This document shows, in pieces, positions 52,659 to 62,183 of a DNA stretch of 64,000 nt. The translations under genes and the position numbers were made by a program. How positions within the stretch are numbered: position 1 is the first letter of the stretch; the number at the start of each line of letters is the position of its first letter. A model generated the notes under the pieces. The model was not told where the DNA came from. It saw only the letters and a program-made list of their open reading frames with translations, and did not search any database. Origin of the DNA: Oligoflexia bacterium (GTDB lineage: Bacteria > Bdellovibrionota_G > JANQFH01); the NCBI GenBank assembly GCA_028277945.1, contig JANQFH010000008.1, positions 195,442 to 259,441 of the forward strand, in the 5' to 3' direction.

Positions 52659-54766
52659 GCTTCAACCGATGATTCTAGAGGTTCATCAATCAATTCCCAT
52701 TGAATGCCTCCACCCGGAGTACCGAATTCATCAACTTTGTCGACGATTCCCTTTCTTAGAACAGTACTCGTAGGGACACGAACTTCGACCATGAAGGTCA
52801 TACTATTATTTGGAGGAAGAGAATATAAATCCCTTACAACACTTTTACTCAGAGTTCGAGGATCAACTTCCATTAACCATGGCCCCATTTTGTCAGAATT
52901 ATCTCCAAACACTCGATAGAAGATTTTTGTTTCTTTTAGTTCTATTGTTTCAACAATCTGATTTGGGGCATAGGGCCTGATACCTTTGGCATATTTCCAA
53001 TAGCTGTCAACCGCACCGGCGGTCTGTTTGCCAGGAAGAGCAGCTTTTGCCAGTTTGGTCCAGGTCGAGGCTTGTGTGAGCTCTTCTGGGGTTATCTGGT
53101 CCTTTTGTACGGCGCGGAAGCCGCGAAGGGAGAGGAGGACAGGACGTTTTTTGACGAAGGCTTCTACGGTCTCTGGGCCCAGCTCTGCGACCACCGTGGC
53201 GAATCCGGCGCTGGCCTGCTTTTCTCCGGAAATGGCCATCTTTAGGGCGATGGCTTGGGTATAGGGGCCGAGACGGGGCAGGGTATCGACAAGAACGCCA
53301 GACTGTAATGCCTTTGCCATCCTGGCGTGGTGGATTTTGGCGAGGGGGATGCCAACTTTACTCAAGACAACGCGTAATGATTGGACGCCGATGGCTCTGG
53401 CAAGACCGCCGATGGTATTAACGCCGAGGCTGCCGAGTGCCAGGACCGTTTCCCCAGCTATCCCTGGGGCAGTGATGGCGTCACGATCCACAAAGCCATC
53501 GGTGAGATACTTGGCGATGGCTGCTGCGGTTGCTGCTCGCAGGTAGTCGCCTTGGGAGAGGGCCTCTTGGCTACTGCGGATCTGCTCCTGCAGTAGGGCA
53601 GGTGAGTACGGTTGGTTGTAAGGGGTGATCTTACCGGCAACCACCTGCTGGTTGTAAAGGGCAGCACGGATCAGGGTGTTGAACACGGCACTTTCGGCTG
53701 CTGCATCGATCTCCGCCAGTCCTTCGTGCAGAGTGCGTTCAAAATCGTAACTGCGGAGAATTCCCGCCAGTCCTGAACGGAGTGTGGCGAGTTTCGTGCG
53801 CATGCTTTCAAAAAGCTCACGGGTTGCCAGCATCGAGGCATGCAAGTTGGGATCTTCAATCAGATCGGCAACAGCCTCGATGGTAAGCAGATGCAGATCA
53901 ACAGCTTCGGTGAGCTCTAAGACAAGATACTCGTCGTTGACACGAATGGCCTCCTCGACTTTGGCTCCTAGAGGCGCGTACGCAGCTGCCAGGGACTGTT
54001 TGAGTGGGTCTCTGAGAAGAGAGAGAGGATTTTGAAAGACATCATGGAAGATCTGTTCAGGGTTCCAGAGATTTTCTAGATCCACCTCCTGCATGGCTTC
54101 TTCAATGAGCTCTCTGTGGGTGGCACGGGCCATGTTTGCTACTGCCTTGTCCCCCTCTAAGGTATCGAGGCCGACGACAATGGTGTTTTCACTCAAGTGG
54201 CTCCATTTGAGATTTGCCTGTTGATGAAAGCGCTGGTAAAGCGCTTGCATCCGGGGGATTAAGGATTGTTGTTCGTAACCTTTCCACTGTTGGTGTTTGA
54301 TGCGGATCACTTCTGAATTGGGACGAACAGTGTGCAATGGCTCAGGTCTTTTAGGTGGCTCTCTAGGATCGACCTCACCAGGATGAGGTCTGTCCCAGTG
54401 AAAGGGATCGAAGTCATTAAAATGATCATGACCGTTGCTGTTGGGAAGGTCGTCTTCAGCATACTGTTCATCGACCGGATGAGGTCGTTCTGTCGGGTTT
54501 TTTGGGGATTCGTTCTTTACGGGAAATTCAACATCACGCTCCATCGTGACGGTGATTTTTCCTGTTTTAGGATCTATATAAACTCCAGGATAACCTCCAG
54601 GCATGATGTCTTTAGGCGCGTGGTTATTTCCTGGTTTTTCGACCTCGCTCCCATTGCCATCACCGCCGCCTGTTTCCTGAGCGCTAGCTGATAAATCAAC
54701 AGCTGATGTGGCCATGATATAGAGAGTCAACAAGAAGGTGATAAATCTCTTCAGAGAGTCCTTCAT
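52634..54766 (-). CDS. Sec-signal polymorphic toxin with C-terminal TNT-like (NAD+ glycohydrolase family) domain
   Basis: Signal peptide FLLTLYIMATSAVDLSASA. The C-terminus FYRVFGDNSDKMGPWLM..RDLYSLPPNNS..FMVEVRVPTSTVLRKGIVDKVDEFGTPGGGIQWEL resembles the TNT-domain pattern as I recall it (R.G...G.f .. LP .. y.V.. .. fg.pGGG.Q). Confidence 0.6.
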   Translation of the reverse strand: MKDSLKRFITFLLTLYIMATSAVDLSASAQETGGGDGNGSEVEKPGNNHAPKDIMPGGYPGVYIDPKTGKITVTMERDVEFPVKNESPKNPTERPHPVDEQYAEDDLPNSNGHDHFNDFDPFHWDRPHPGEVDPREPPKRPEPLHTVRPNSEVIRIKHQQWKGYEQQSLIPRMQALYQRFHQQANLKWSHLSENTIVVGLDTLEGDKAVANMARATHRELIEEAMQEVDLENLWNPEQIFHDVFQNPLSLLRDPLKQSLAAAYAPLGAKVEEAIRVNDEYLVLELTEAVDLHLLTIEAVADLIEDPNLHASMLATRELFESMRTKLATLRSGLAGILRSYDFERTLHEGLAEIDAAAESAVFNTLIRAALYNQQVVAGKITPYNQPYSPALLQEQIRSSQEALSQGDYLRAATAAAIAKYLTDGFVDRDAITAPGIAGETVLALGSLGVNTIGGLARAIGVQSLRVVLSKVGIPLAKIHHARMAKALQSGVLVDTLPRLGPYTQAIALKMAISGEKQASAGFATVVAELGPETVEAFVKKRPVLLSLRGFRAVQKDQITPEELTQASTWTKLAKAALPGKQTAGAVDSYWKYAKGIRPYAPNQIVETIELKETKIFYRVFGDNSDKMGPWLMEVDPRTLSKSVVRDLYSLPPNNSMTFMVEVRVPTSTVLRKGIVDKVDEFGTPGGGIQWELIDEPLESSVEAWSEPIIW

Positions 54767-54767
54767 G

Positions 54768-55964
54768 TTAATCTTCTTCTAGTTTGTTGAGAGCTAGTTC
54801 CGCGAACGCGGCATATGTGCCATGGCTGTCTTCGTTAGCGATTTCTGCGTAGAGTAGAAGTGCCTTTGCCTGTTCAAGCTCTGCTGGCAGGACTCTGCCG
54901 CTCTTTTCTAGCTTGCGGATACGCTTTTGGATCCAATAGGAAGGTGGATTCTTTGTGACCAGGCGTCGGTATTTTTTGACCTTTGCTGTCCATTCAACGG
55001 CCAGCTCTTTTGCCTTTTTCGCCTCTTTTTCGCGCAAATCAAGCGACAGTAGGGCATTAAGGAGGATGAGAGAACCTGTTTGCAGGACTTCTAACCTTCG
55101 TAGGGCCTCAAAGTAACGGTAGTGCAGGAGTAAAGCATCTTGAAACTGTTGCTCCAGCTCCACCAATACATTCTCGGCATCGTAGTAGGCGTCAAGACTG
55201 ACTTCTGCATGAGCCAGCCTCTCCTGAAAATCCTTGTACATACCATGGGCTAAAACTTCGGAGGTGTGGTCGAGGTATTTCTCCAAAGTTTCGCCATACT
55301 GCTCGAAAATGCGCCCATAAGCTTGCTCGACTTGTGGCAATGGTTGCCTGAGCTTTTCGCAGTAATCCACCAGAGGGGAGAAACCATGTGATTTGAGCCA
55401 AGAGATTGCACCTGCAAGGGATGGCTTGTAGCCGTATTGCAGATCTTGTGAATATTCGGGAGGAATGGCATCTACAAGTCGGTCGGCGTTGGTTTCGAGG
55501 ACGATGCGACACTGTGCTTCCATGGACGATAACGACCTACGGTATCGTTCCAAGGCCGTGGTGGCTTTATGTTCTTCCTCGGCAAACCCAAAAGCCGCCG
55601 TATGGAGCTTTTGTGTCCACTGCTTTGCCTCTTCAGCCCCTAGACTCTCAACCTCCGGAGGTTGTATTACTTGGACATTCTCAGCAGCTACAGCAATGGT
55701 CCTGAATGCAGACTTCATCACCTCACGATGTTTGACCCCTTGTAGATATGCCCCATTCAAGAAATCGTAGGCTTGCAGGCGGGCCTTTTCATGGACTATC
55801 TTGCGTTTTAGCTCATCTTTTTGCGTCTCAATTTCTCTCCTCTCACGTGCCATTTCTTCGACAGATTGTGCCTGACTAAGAGAAGGAAGTGAGACAAACA
55901 ACAAAAGTAAAAGAGGAAGATTGAACAGGTTTGTCATAACAACGTTACTTTTAATCGCCCTCAA
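54768..55964 (-). CDS. secreted coiled-coil accessory protein 'X' of toxin module 2
   Basis: The signal peptide ends SLSQAQSVEEM. It is helical and charged. Paralog of 20920-22077. It lies immediately upstream of the toxin with a 1-nt gap. Confidence 0.7.
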   Translation of the reverse strand: MRAIKSNVVMTNLFNLPLLLLLFVSLPSLSQAQSVEEMARERREIETQKDELKRKIVHEKARLQAYDFLNGAYLQGVKHREVMKSAFRTIAVAAENVQVIQPPEVESLGAEEAKQWTQKLHTAAFGFAEEEHKATTALERYRRSLSSMEAQCRIVLETNADRLVDAIPPEYSQDLQYGYKPSLAGAISWLKSHGFSPLVDYCEKLRQPLPQVEQAYGRIFEQYGETLEKYLDHTSEVLAHGMYKDFQERLAHAEVSLDAYYDAENVLVELEQQFQDALLLHYRYFEALRRLEVLQTGSLILLNALLSLDLREKEAKKAKELAVEWTAKVKKYRRLVTKNPPSYWIQKRIRKLEKSGRVLPAELEQAKALLLYAEIANEDSHGTYAAFAELALNKLEED

Positions 55965-55969
55965 TAGTG

Positions 55970-57538
55970 CTAATAGCGGCGTCCTACTTGGTCTCCATAT
56001 CTATCTAGTATAGGAGTTTGCGTCCTGTACTTTTTATCGCCTTCGATAGCCCCAATAGCGGCGTCCTCCTTGGCCTCCATACACTTTGTATAGAGCAGAT
56101 CGCGTCCTGTATCTTTTAAGGCGCGAATAAACTTTTGCAGGTGTTTGGTTTCATCTTGCACTTCAAAACTCTTGGAAATCAGCATGGCATGCAGCTCTGT
56201 TAAGCGAGTGAATGCTCTGCCTATCTCGTCTTCCGGGCCGACTGTATCTGTAGGTTCCTGCATAAGGCTGTAAACGGCGATCAGGCGCTCATAGTCGCTT
56301 AGCGACAATTCTTCGTCTTCATAGAGCTCTTCTACTGTCTTCCGAAACGCTTTCGGGCGCTTCTCGATCTTAGCTAGCGTCCATTCCTGCAGATTCCCTA
56401 CTTTTTTGAGTAACAACAGCCCTTCGAGTGTTGCGGCTGTAAGTTCTAACTCTTGGAAGGTATCGTCGTACTCCTCATCGTTTATAGCGCGGAGACGATC
56501 GATGATTCTTTTTAGCGAGGATTCGGATTTCTTGAAATAGGCTTTGAATATCCTGCGTGCCTCAAAATTGACCATTAACGCTCTTTCAAGATCTTCTTTG
56601 TCTGATTTAATTAGCGTTTCGAGCCAACTCAGGCGATTTTCTGCATCACCAAGGTTTGTGCAAGCTTCGAGCACAGAGTCTTCATAAACAAGGAGATCGT
56701 AACCAACGAGGTTAAGGGAGTAACTACGAAGCATCCCAACAGGCATTTTTATCTTTATTGTTGTGTTTCCCAGCAGGTCTAACTGCTGTCTCATGCTGGA
56801 CCTTGCTGTGTAGGTCCATCGCTGTGGTCCTCTTTCTTGACACCAAAATCCGTCTTTAGGATTATGATGGTGTGCGTGACGCCCATTTAAATTGCAGTAA
56901 CACCAGCCACTGTCACCCGTGTAGGTGGGTTTTCCATAGCGCCAATGATCCTCGGGAAAGACGATTTCAACACGGTGCATACGGTATAGAGAGTTTAACT
57001 TGCTTAAAGGGGTGTCACCGAGAAATGCATTGGTCGTCTGTTCGGTGCGAAATTTATTCCAGTCTATGACTGCGAGTGGAAGAGGAAAGTTTTCAATATC
57101 ATACCTCTTATAAGATGCTGGAGGATCTAACGCAGACGAGAAAGGTCGATAGCTGACGGTTGTTTGGGGAAATGGATATTTGTATTTAAACAGTGTTTCG
57201 TCATTTTGTTTATAATAGAGCTTAAAATAGACGTTGCTTCCTAAGAGCTGCTGCTCCAGCTCTCTATGTACTTCGGAATCATCAATTCCTTCGCCTTTCG
57301 CACCCATCTTGCCAAATAGCCGAACTTTGTAGGTGGCGGGATAGAGATATGATTCTCTTTCGTCAATATCCTCAAAATCTGAAAGGAATAATCCCAAGGA
57401 AGGAAGGCCTTGCTTCATCGCATAGCTGTTAACGTAGTAAATTTCACTCTTAGCCCAGGAGATTGGTGGAAAAATAATTAGGACCATGGTTAGAAGCAGA
57501 AAATATAGCCAGGGGATATGTGTTACTCGGTTTGACAT
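55970..57538 (-). CDS. secreted accessory protein 'Z' of toxin module 2
   Basis: Signal or anchor sequence WLYFLLLTMVLIIFPPISWA. The C-terminal helical half is homologous to 16150-17643. Confidence 0.7.
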   Translation of the reverse strand: MSNRVTHIPWLYFLLLTMVLIIFPPISWAKSEIYYVNSYAMKQGLPSLGLFLSDFEDIDERESYLYPATYKVRLFGKMGAKGEGIDDSEVHRELEQQLLGSNVYFKLYYKQNDETLFKYKYPFPQTTVSYRPFSSALDPPASYKRYDIENFPLPLAVIDWNKFRTEQTTNAFLGDTPLSKLNSLYRMHRVEIVFPEDHWRYGKPTYTGDSGWCYCNLNGRHAHHHNPKDGFWCQERGPQRWTYTARSSMRQQLDLLGNTTIKIKMPVGMLRSYSLNLVGYDLLVYEDSVLEACTNLGDAENRLSWLETLIKSDKEDLERALMVNFEARRIFKAYFKKSESSLKRIIDRLRAINDEEYDDTFQELELTAATLEGLLLLKKVGNLQEWTLAKIEKRPKAFRKTVEELYEDEELSLSDYERLIAVYSLMQEPTDTVGPEDEIGRAFTRLTELHAMLISKSFEVQDETKHLQKFIRALKDTGRDLLYTKCMEAKEDAAIGAIEGDKKYRTQTPILDRYGDQVGRRY

Positions 57539-57840
57539 GTGGCACTTTCCATGTGCAAAGAAAATGCCACTGTCATTTCGAAACGCCGATCTCTGCTAAA
57601 TTACAACAGAGATGTTCATTGAAAATTGAAGCTTAAGATCTATGCATATTTTTTTCAGTTGTTGGTTCCTCGTACAGGCTATTGCATATCTGGGCAACTT
57701 GTCTCTTCAGCAGGCAATGACAGATGGGAGAATCACTGAAAGGTGGACGGGATCGGCTGTTCATGTCTAACCTTATGATATAACAGGGATAAACGACTAA
57801 ACTGCAAGGCACAGGAGTTGCAAAAGTTAGATCAAAGAAC

Positions 57841-57886
57841 TTGACGGAGCCCCAAAAAGTATATACTATTAAATATATACTATAAT
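57841..57886 (+). promoter_or_regulatory. putative vapBC promoter with direct-repeat operator
   Basis: TTGACG (57841-46), 17 nt, TACTAT (57864-69). The 12-nt direct repeat TATATACTAT(T/A)A occurs at 57860-71 and 57874-85. The first copy lies within the palindrome AGTATATACT. Confidence 0.35.
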
Positions 57887-57904
57887 CTCGTCCTGAGTAA
57901 GGTG

Positions 57905-58138
57905 ATGAAACAAGCGAAGCTATTTAAGAACGGTCAGAGTCAGGCGGTGAGACTGCCGAAGGAATTTCGTTTTAAGGGGAATCGGGTATTTATTCGTCGG
58001 ATTGGGAATGCTGTGGTACTTCTTCCTGAAGATCAGCCATGGCAACCACTGTTAGAAAGCCTGGAACACTTTTCAGATGATTTTATGCAGCAACGTCGTC
58101 AGCCTTCCTCGCAAGAGAGAGATCTCTCTTTTGACTGA
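57905..58138 (+). CDS. vapB: VapB-type (AbrB/SpoVT fold) antitoxin
   Basis: MKQAKLFKNGQSQAVRLPKEFRFKGNRVFIRRIGNAVVLLP is the typical AbrB-like antitoxin N-terminus. Its stop overlaps the vapC start. Confidence 0.8.
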   Translation: MKQAKLFKNGQSQAVRLPKEFRFKGNRVFIRRIGNAVVLLPEDQPWQPLLESLEHFSDDFMQQRRQPSSQERDLSFD

Positions 58139-58536
58139 TGTATCTTCTTGATACCAACATTTGTATTTATATTATCCGAAAAAAACCGAAGAAAGTATTA
58201 AACCAACTGCAGTCTATATCTCCTACTGAGATTGGCATCTCTGCTGTGACCCTTGGCGAGTTGCAGTATGGTGTTGAAAATAGTAAACAGCCGACAAAAA
58301 ATCAAGAGGCGCTGAATTATTTTTTGGCACCATTAGAAATCTATCTGTTCGGTGTGGAAGCAGCTCAGATGTATGGTAAGGTACGTGCTGATCTCGAGAC
58401 CAGAGGCAAGACCATTGGGCCGTTTGATACGATGATTGGGGCACACGCTTTGGCATTAGGGGCGATTTTGGTTACAAATAATACTAGGGAGTTTTCGCGG
58501 ATTAAGAGTCTATCTGTCGAAAACTGGACTCGGTAG
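58138..58536 (+). CDS. vapC: PIN-domain ribonuclease toxin VapC
   Basis: MYLLDTNICIYII.. (first acidic residue), then ..SAVTLGELQYG.. and ..VTNNTREFSRI. 132 aa. Confidence 0.85.
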   Translation: MYLLDTNICIYIIRKKPKKVLNQLQSISPTEIGISAVTLGELQYGVENSKQPTKNQEALNYFLAPLEIYLFGVEAAQMYGKVRADLETRGKTIGPFDTMIGAHALALGAILVTNNTREFSRIKSLSVENWTR

Positions 58537-58591
58537 ACTCTTCAACCCTTGTGATGCACCGCATCTAGAGTCTGGGAATCTGCTGCAACGC

Positions 58592-60259
58592 CTACCGTAA
58601 CATATCTTCGACCTGGGCATAGAGGTCATCGCCGCGCAGGTCCTTAGCTGCTATGGTGCCCTCTTTATCAATCACGAAAACCCGGGGGTAGGAGCGTACG
58701 CAGTAAAGGGTGCGGATATTATGTGTTGCATCGTGGAGCTGTGTCCAGTCCATAGTGAACCTGCCGGAGTCAAGAAAACGTTTAAGATCGGCCAAACTAT
58801 TGTCAGTAGAAACTGAAACCAATGCAAACTCGTTTGAGTCGCCAAAAGCTTGGTGCAGTTTAATAAGGTTTGGTAACTCGTTGATGCAGGGAGGGCAGGT
58901 GGTGTACCAAAAATCAAGTACCACGACCTTGCCTTTGAGGTGTTCTAATTCAATTGGATTGTTGTCCAAATCTTTTATGTTGCCGCCAAAACCAAAGTCT
59001 GGCGCTGGTTTGCCTACTACCAAGTGGTCTAATTCCGTGAGCATTCTCTCACAGTAAGACAGGTCTCTACTGTTTGGAAAGTGCTCGATCATGAGGTTGC
59101 AGTATTCTCTTGCTGTATCGAGATGGCCGGTTTTCTCGGCATGGTATGCAAACGCGTAGAGGAGGAATGGACCGGTATAGGAGTTGGTGCGCACATCCAT
59201 ATTGTTGGTGGCTAGGGTTTGCTCGATGCTTGTACTCAGGGCGATGTCGATGGCCTCCAACCAGGTTTTATCGTCGTCTCGCTTAGAGATCTCTTCTTCA
59301 CTATCGTCCATAATGCGGGCGAGGGATAGTGCTCGCCTTGCATCCATGCCAACCTCTGGTGCTGTGGGGTGGTTGGTGGCGAGATCTTCGAAGTGCTGTA
59401 ACCATTTTAGGGTGGCCACCTCTGGGTCGATCCATTCTACGTCTGTTTCCGGGCCTCGATACGGTCTCCGTAATTTGAAAAGAATAGTGAGAAGATCGAA
59501 GTAAATCTGGGATTGAATGCGTGGTGCTCTGTGGGTCTCTAGCATTGCTTCAAAGTACGGTAGCCACTCTTCTTGCGCCTTCTGTCGATCCCGCTGGCTA
59601 CGAAGATAGTCGCGTCTTTGGAGTGCATAGTGGATTGCTGAAGCACTCGACGTTGTCGGATGCCCATCTAGGCTAGCCCTTAATGCATCTACGAGTTTTT
59701 GCGACCTACCGCTGACTGCAGCCCACTTTAGTGCTGTTACAGCAAGGTTGCCGACCGCTTCGTCTTCGGGTCTTTGCTCGAGCATGGTGAGGTAGAGCTC
59801 TACTGCCTTGGCTAAATAGGCAGCAGGTTCTTGGGCTTGATGGGCTGCACGTTGGTAGGCAGCTAGCAGATCGTGCTGCATCTCAGGTATGCGTGCCTGG
59901 TTTTCTTCTGCTGCGAGGGCTTTTTCCAAGCGGCCGAGCCAGTCGGGATAAAAATCTGCGGGCTCTTCGGGCACATCCTTAACCGAACCTGTTTTGATGG
60001 CCGCTTCAAAGCGTTGCATGGCGATGGCATCGTCGCTGAGATCGATGGTTGCTGCTAGGCCATGGCGTTGGCGTTGTTCTAAGCGCCAGCGGATAAAAGC
60101 TTTTTGACGGTCCTTTTTTATCCTATGCCAAGTTGCTTCAGTAACGGTAAAAGTAGCGGAAAAATCTTGTTCGAACCTCTCATACCCCTGCTGAGCGTAA
60201 CTATTAGAGATTATTAGGCTAGAGACAATGATGGCAAGGATGGTGCGGTGTAGAGACAT
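58592..60259 (-). CDS. secreted TlpA-like thiol-disulfide oxidoreductase with long helical-repeat N-terminal region
   Basis: Signal peptide. C-terminal redoxin GKVVVLDFWYTTCPPCINELPNL (CxxC). Confidence 0.75.
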   Translation of the reverse strand: MSLHRTILAIIVSSLIISNSYAQQGYERFEQDFSATFTVTEATWHRIKKDRQKAFIRWRLEQRQRHGLAATIDLSDDAIAMQRFEAAIKTGSVKDVPEEPADFYPDWLGRLEKALAAEENQARIPEMQHDLLAAYQRAAHQAQEPAAYLAKAVELYLTMLEQRPEDEAVGNLAVTALKWAAVSGRSQKLVDALRASLDGHPTTSSASAIHYALQRRDYLRSQRDRQKAQEEWLPYFEAMLETHRAPRIQSQIYFDLLTILFKLRRPYRGPETDVEWIDPEVATLKWLQHFEDLATNHPTAPEVGMDARRALSLARIMDDSEEEISKRDDDKTWLEAIDIALSTSIEQTLATNNMDVRTNSYTGPFLLYAFAYHAEKTGHLDTAREYCNLMIEHFPNSRDLSYCERMLTELDHLVVGKPAPDFGFGGNIKDLDNNPIELEHLKGKVVVLDFWYTTCPPCINELPNLIKLHQAFGDSNEFALVSVSTDNSLADLKRFLDSGRFTMDWTQLHDATHNIRTLYCVRSYPRVFVIDKEGTIAAKDLRGDDLYAQVEDMLR

Positions 60260-60390
60260 GGGCTCTCCTTTTTCGATGCATTACTGAGCCCATAACTGAT
60301 TTCTGCCAATTTAGCAATGGCGTCAAATGGCTTTGCGAGAGCTCTGATATTGTTCATACAAACACTCACTTATAGTATATTTCAGAGACT

Positions 60391-61332
60391 ATGGTCTGCC
60401 GTTGGGTCTTGTTGGGAGTACTGTTTGCTAGCGTTTCTGGCTATGGCAACTCCTTAGAGTACCATCCGGTGACGCCGGGTAAGGTGTGGTGGATTGTGGC
60501 GCCGGATGAGAAGATACCCCGGTTTGATCCTTCGGGCTTGGTGAAATACCAAGGCCAGTGGCTGGTGGTGAGCGATCGGACGGCTTACAACGATATCTAC
60601 AAACTTACTGAAGTGGGACGGTCTAAGCTGCAAGCAGAGACATTTTTACAACTACAGTTGCCAGCAAGCCAATCCAAAGGCCAACCCAAGCATCGTCAAG
60701 ACTTTGAAGGCATTACCTATTGTCATGGGCGTTTCTATATCGTCGAAGAGATAACCAACTCACTGTTGACGGTGGAGCTGTCTGGAAAGACTACAGTACA
60801 ACCCTTGGATCTGGTTTCTATCCATAAGGAGAGATCCCAGGCTCCAGCTACGGGTACTAGCCGTGGTGGCTTGGAAGGTGTTAGCTGCGATGCCCACAAG
60901 CAGCAACTCTATGTGGCCAACGAGCGGCAGTTCCGTATGATCTACGTGTTAAAACTTGGTATGGCTAAACCCTTTGACTTTTTTGATGTGCCAGCTGGTT
61001 GGGATTCACCAAGATGGGAGGGGCGGTTTGATGTCTTTCCTGACTATACGGGTCTGCACTTTGCGGATGGCTTTCTCTATGCGCTACAACGTAGCGACCA
61101 TCAGATCTTAAAGATTGATCCAAAGAAGAAACGTCTGGTCGCTGTACTCAAGTACGATTTGGATGAGAGGACGATCTACCGCTGGAAAAAGCCCTTTGGC
61201 ATGGCGGAAGGACTCTATGTGGATAAAGAGAAGATCTATCTGTTGCTGGATAACAATGGTGTCGGGCGAAGAAAGAAGCGCAGAGATATCTCAGCGAGCT
61301 TGGTCGAACTCGCACGTCCACAGGGATTTTAG
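60391..61332 (+). CDS. secreted beta-propeller-like protein (possibly SdiA-regulated/YjiK-type)
   Basis: Signal peptide. Repeated ..GLEG(V/I).. and FEGITY.. blocks. The family assignment is tentative. Confidence 0.5.
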   Translation: MVCRWVLLGVLFASVSGYGNSLEYHPVTPGKVWWIVAPDEKIPRFDPSGLVKYQGQWLVVSDRTAYNDIYKLTEVGRSKLQAETFLQLQLPASQSKGQPKHRQDFEGITYCHGRFYIVEEITNSLLTVELSGKTTVQPLDLVSIHKERSQAPATGTSRGGLEGVSCDAHKQQLYVANERQFRMIYVLKLGMAKPFDFFDVPAGWDSPRWEGRFDVFPDYTGLHFADGFLYALQRSDHQILKIDPKKKRLVAVLKYDLDERTIYRWKKPFGMAEGLYVDKEKIYLLLDNNGVGRRKKRRDISASLVELARPQGF

Positions 61333-61337
61333 CGATT

Positions 61338-61832
61338 TTAGTTTGCCAGCTGTTCTAGGGAAGCCTTAAGCTTTTTGTTGAGGCGATCGCCACGATACTG
61401 AATTCTGCCATGCTGATCAACCAGAATGATGGTTGGGGTGGCGTTTACTTTAAAGAGTTCTGCAAGCTCTATATTGGAGTCGATGAGGTTGGGGTAGGGG
61501 AGTGAGGTCTTATTAATAAATGCCTGTGCCTTGGCAACTTTAATGTCAACGCTGATGCCAACGATATCGACCTTGGTGTGGAGTTGCTCATAGAGCTTTA
61601 GAAGCTCAGCGATTTCATAGTGGCAGGACTGGCACCAACTGGCCCAAAAGAGCAACAGTGTTGGTTTTTGGCGGCTGGCTGGATCAAACTGCCACGGCTG
61701 ACCACCCAGCGTTTGCGCGGTGAAGCTTGGGGCTAACGCTGTAGCAGGAGTAGGATTGGTTTTACCGAGAGCAAACGTGGCGACGACGCTGCTTAAGACA
61801 ACCAACAACAGAATGGGCTTTGCTGTGTGCAT
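61338..61832 (-). CDS. periplasmic TlpA/ResA-like thioredoxin-fold protein
   Basis: Signal peptide. PTLLLFWASWCQSCHYEIAEL (WCxxC). Confidence 0.8.
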   Translation of the reverse strand: MHTAKPILLLVVLSSVVATFALGKTNPTPATALAPSFTAQTLGGQPWQFDPASRQKPTLLLFWASWCQSCHYEIAELLKLYEQLHTKVDIVGISVDIKVAKAQAFINKTSLPYPNLIDSNIELAELFKVNATPTIILVDQHGRIQYRGDRLNKKLKASLEQLAN

Positions 61833-61895
61833 GAGGAAAATGTAACCTACCGAGTTTGAGTTGACAAATGACCTTTATATAGTCATAGTATAGTC

Positions 61896-62183
61896 ATGAA
61901 AAGGTCATCAGCACTACCCAAAAAATCTATTAATATCGCAAGCTTAAAGGCAGAGTTGGCGAAGTATCTGCGCTTGGTTAAAGCTGGAGAGGAGGTTGTG
62001 GTGTTGGAGCATAGGATGCCGATTGCCAAGATTATCCCGTTTGCGACCGATAGCACGCTCGAGTCTATTCAGCCTAAAGGGAACTTTGCCGCCAAGGTGG
62101 CTAAATTAAAGATTCCGCCGCTAAAGAGGAGAACTGGTGTTGATTCCCTCAAGCTTCTTTTGGCCGAACGTGGTCAGCGCTGA
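61896..62183 (+). CDS. Phd/YefM-like antitoxin
   Basis: INIASLKAELAKYLRLVKAGEEVVVLEHRMPIAKIIP is the typical antitoxin N-terminus. Its stop overlaps the PIN gene start. Confidence 0.7.
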   Translation: MKRSSALPKKSINIASLKAELAKYLRLVKAGEEVVVLEHRMPIAKIIPFATDSTLESIQPKGNFAAKVAKLKIPPLKRRTGVDSLKLLLAERGQR

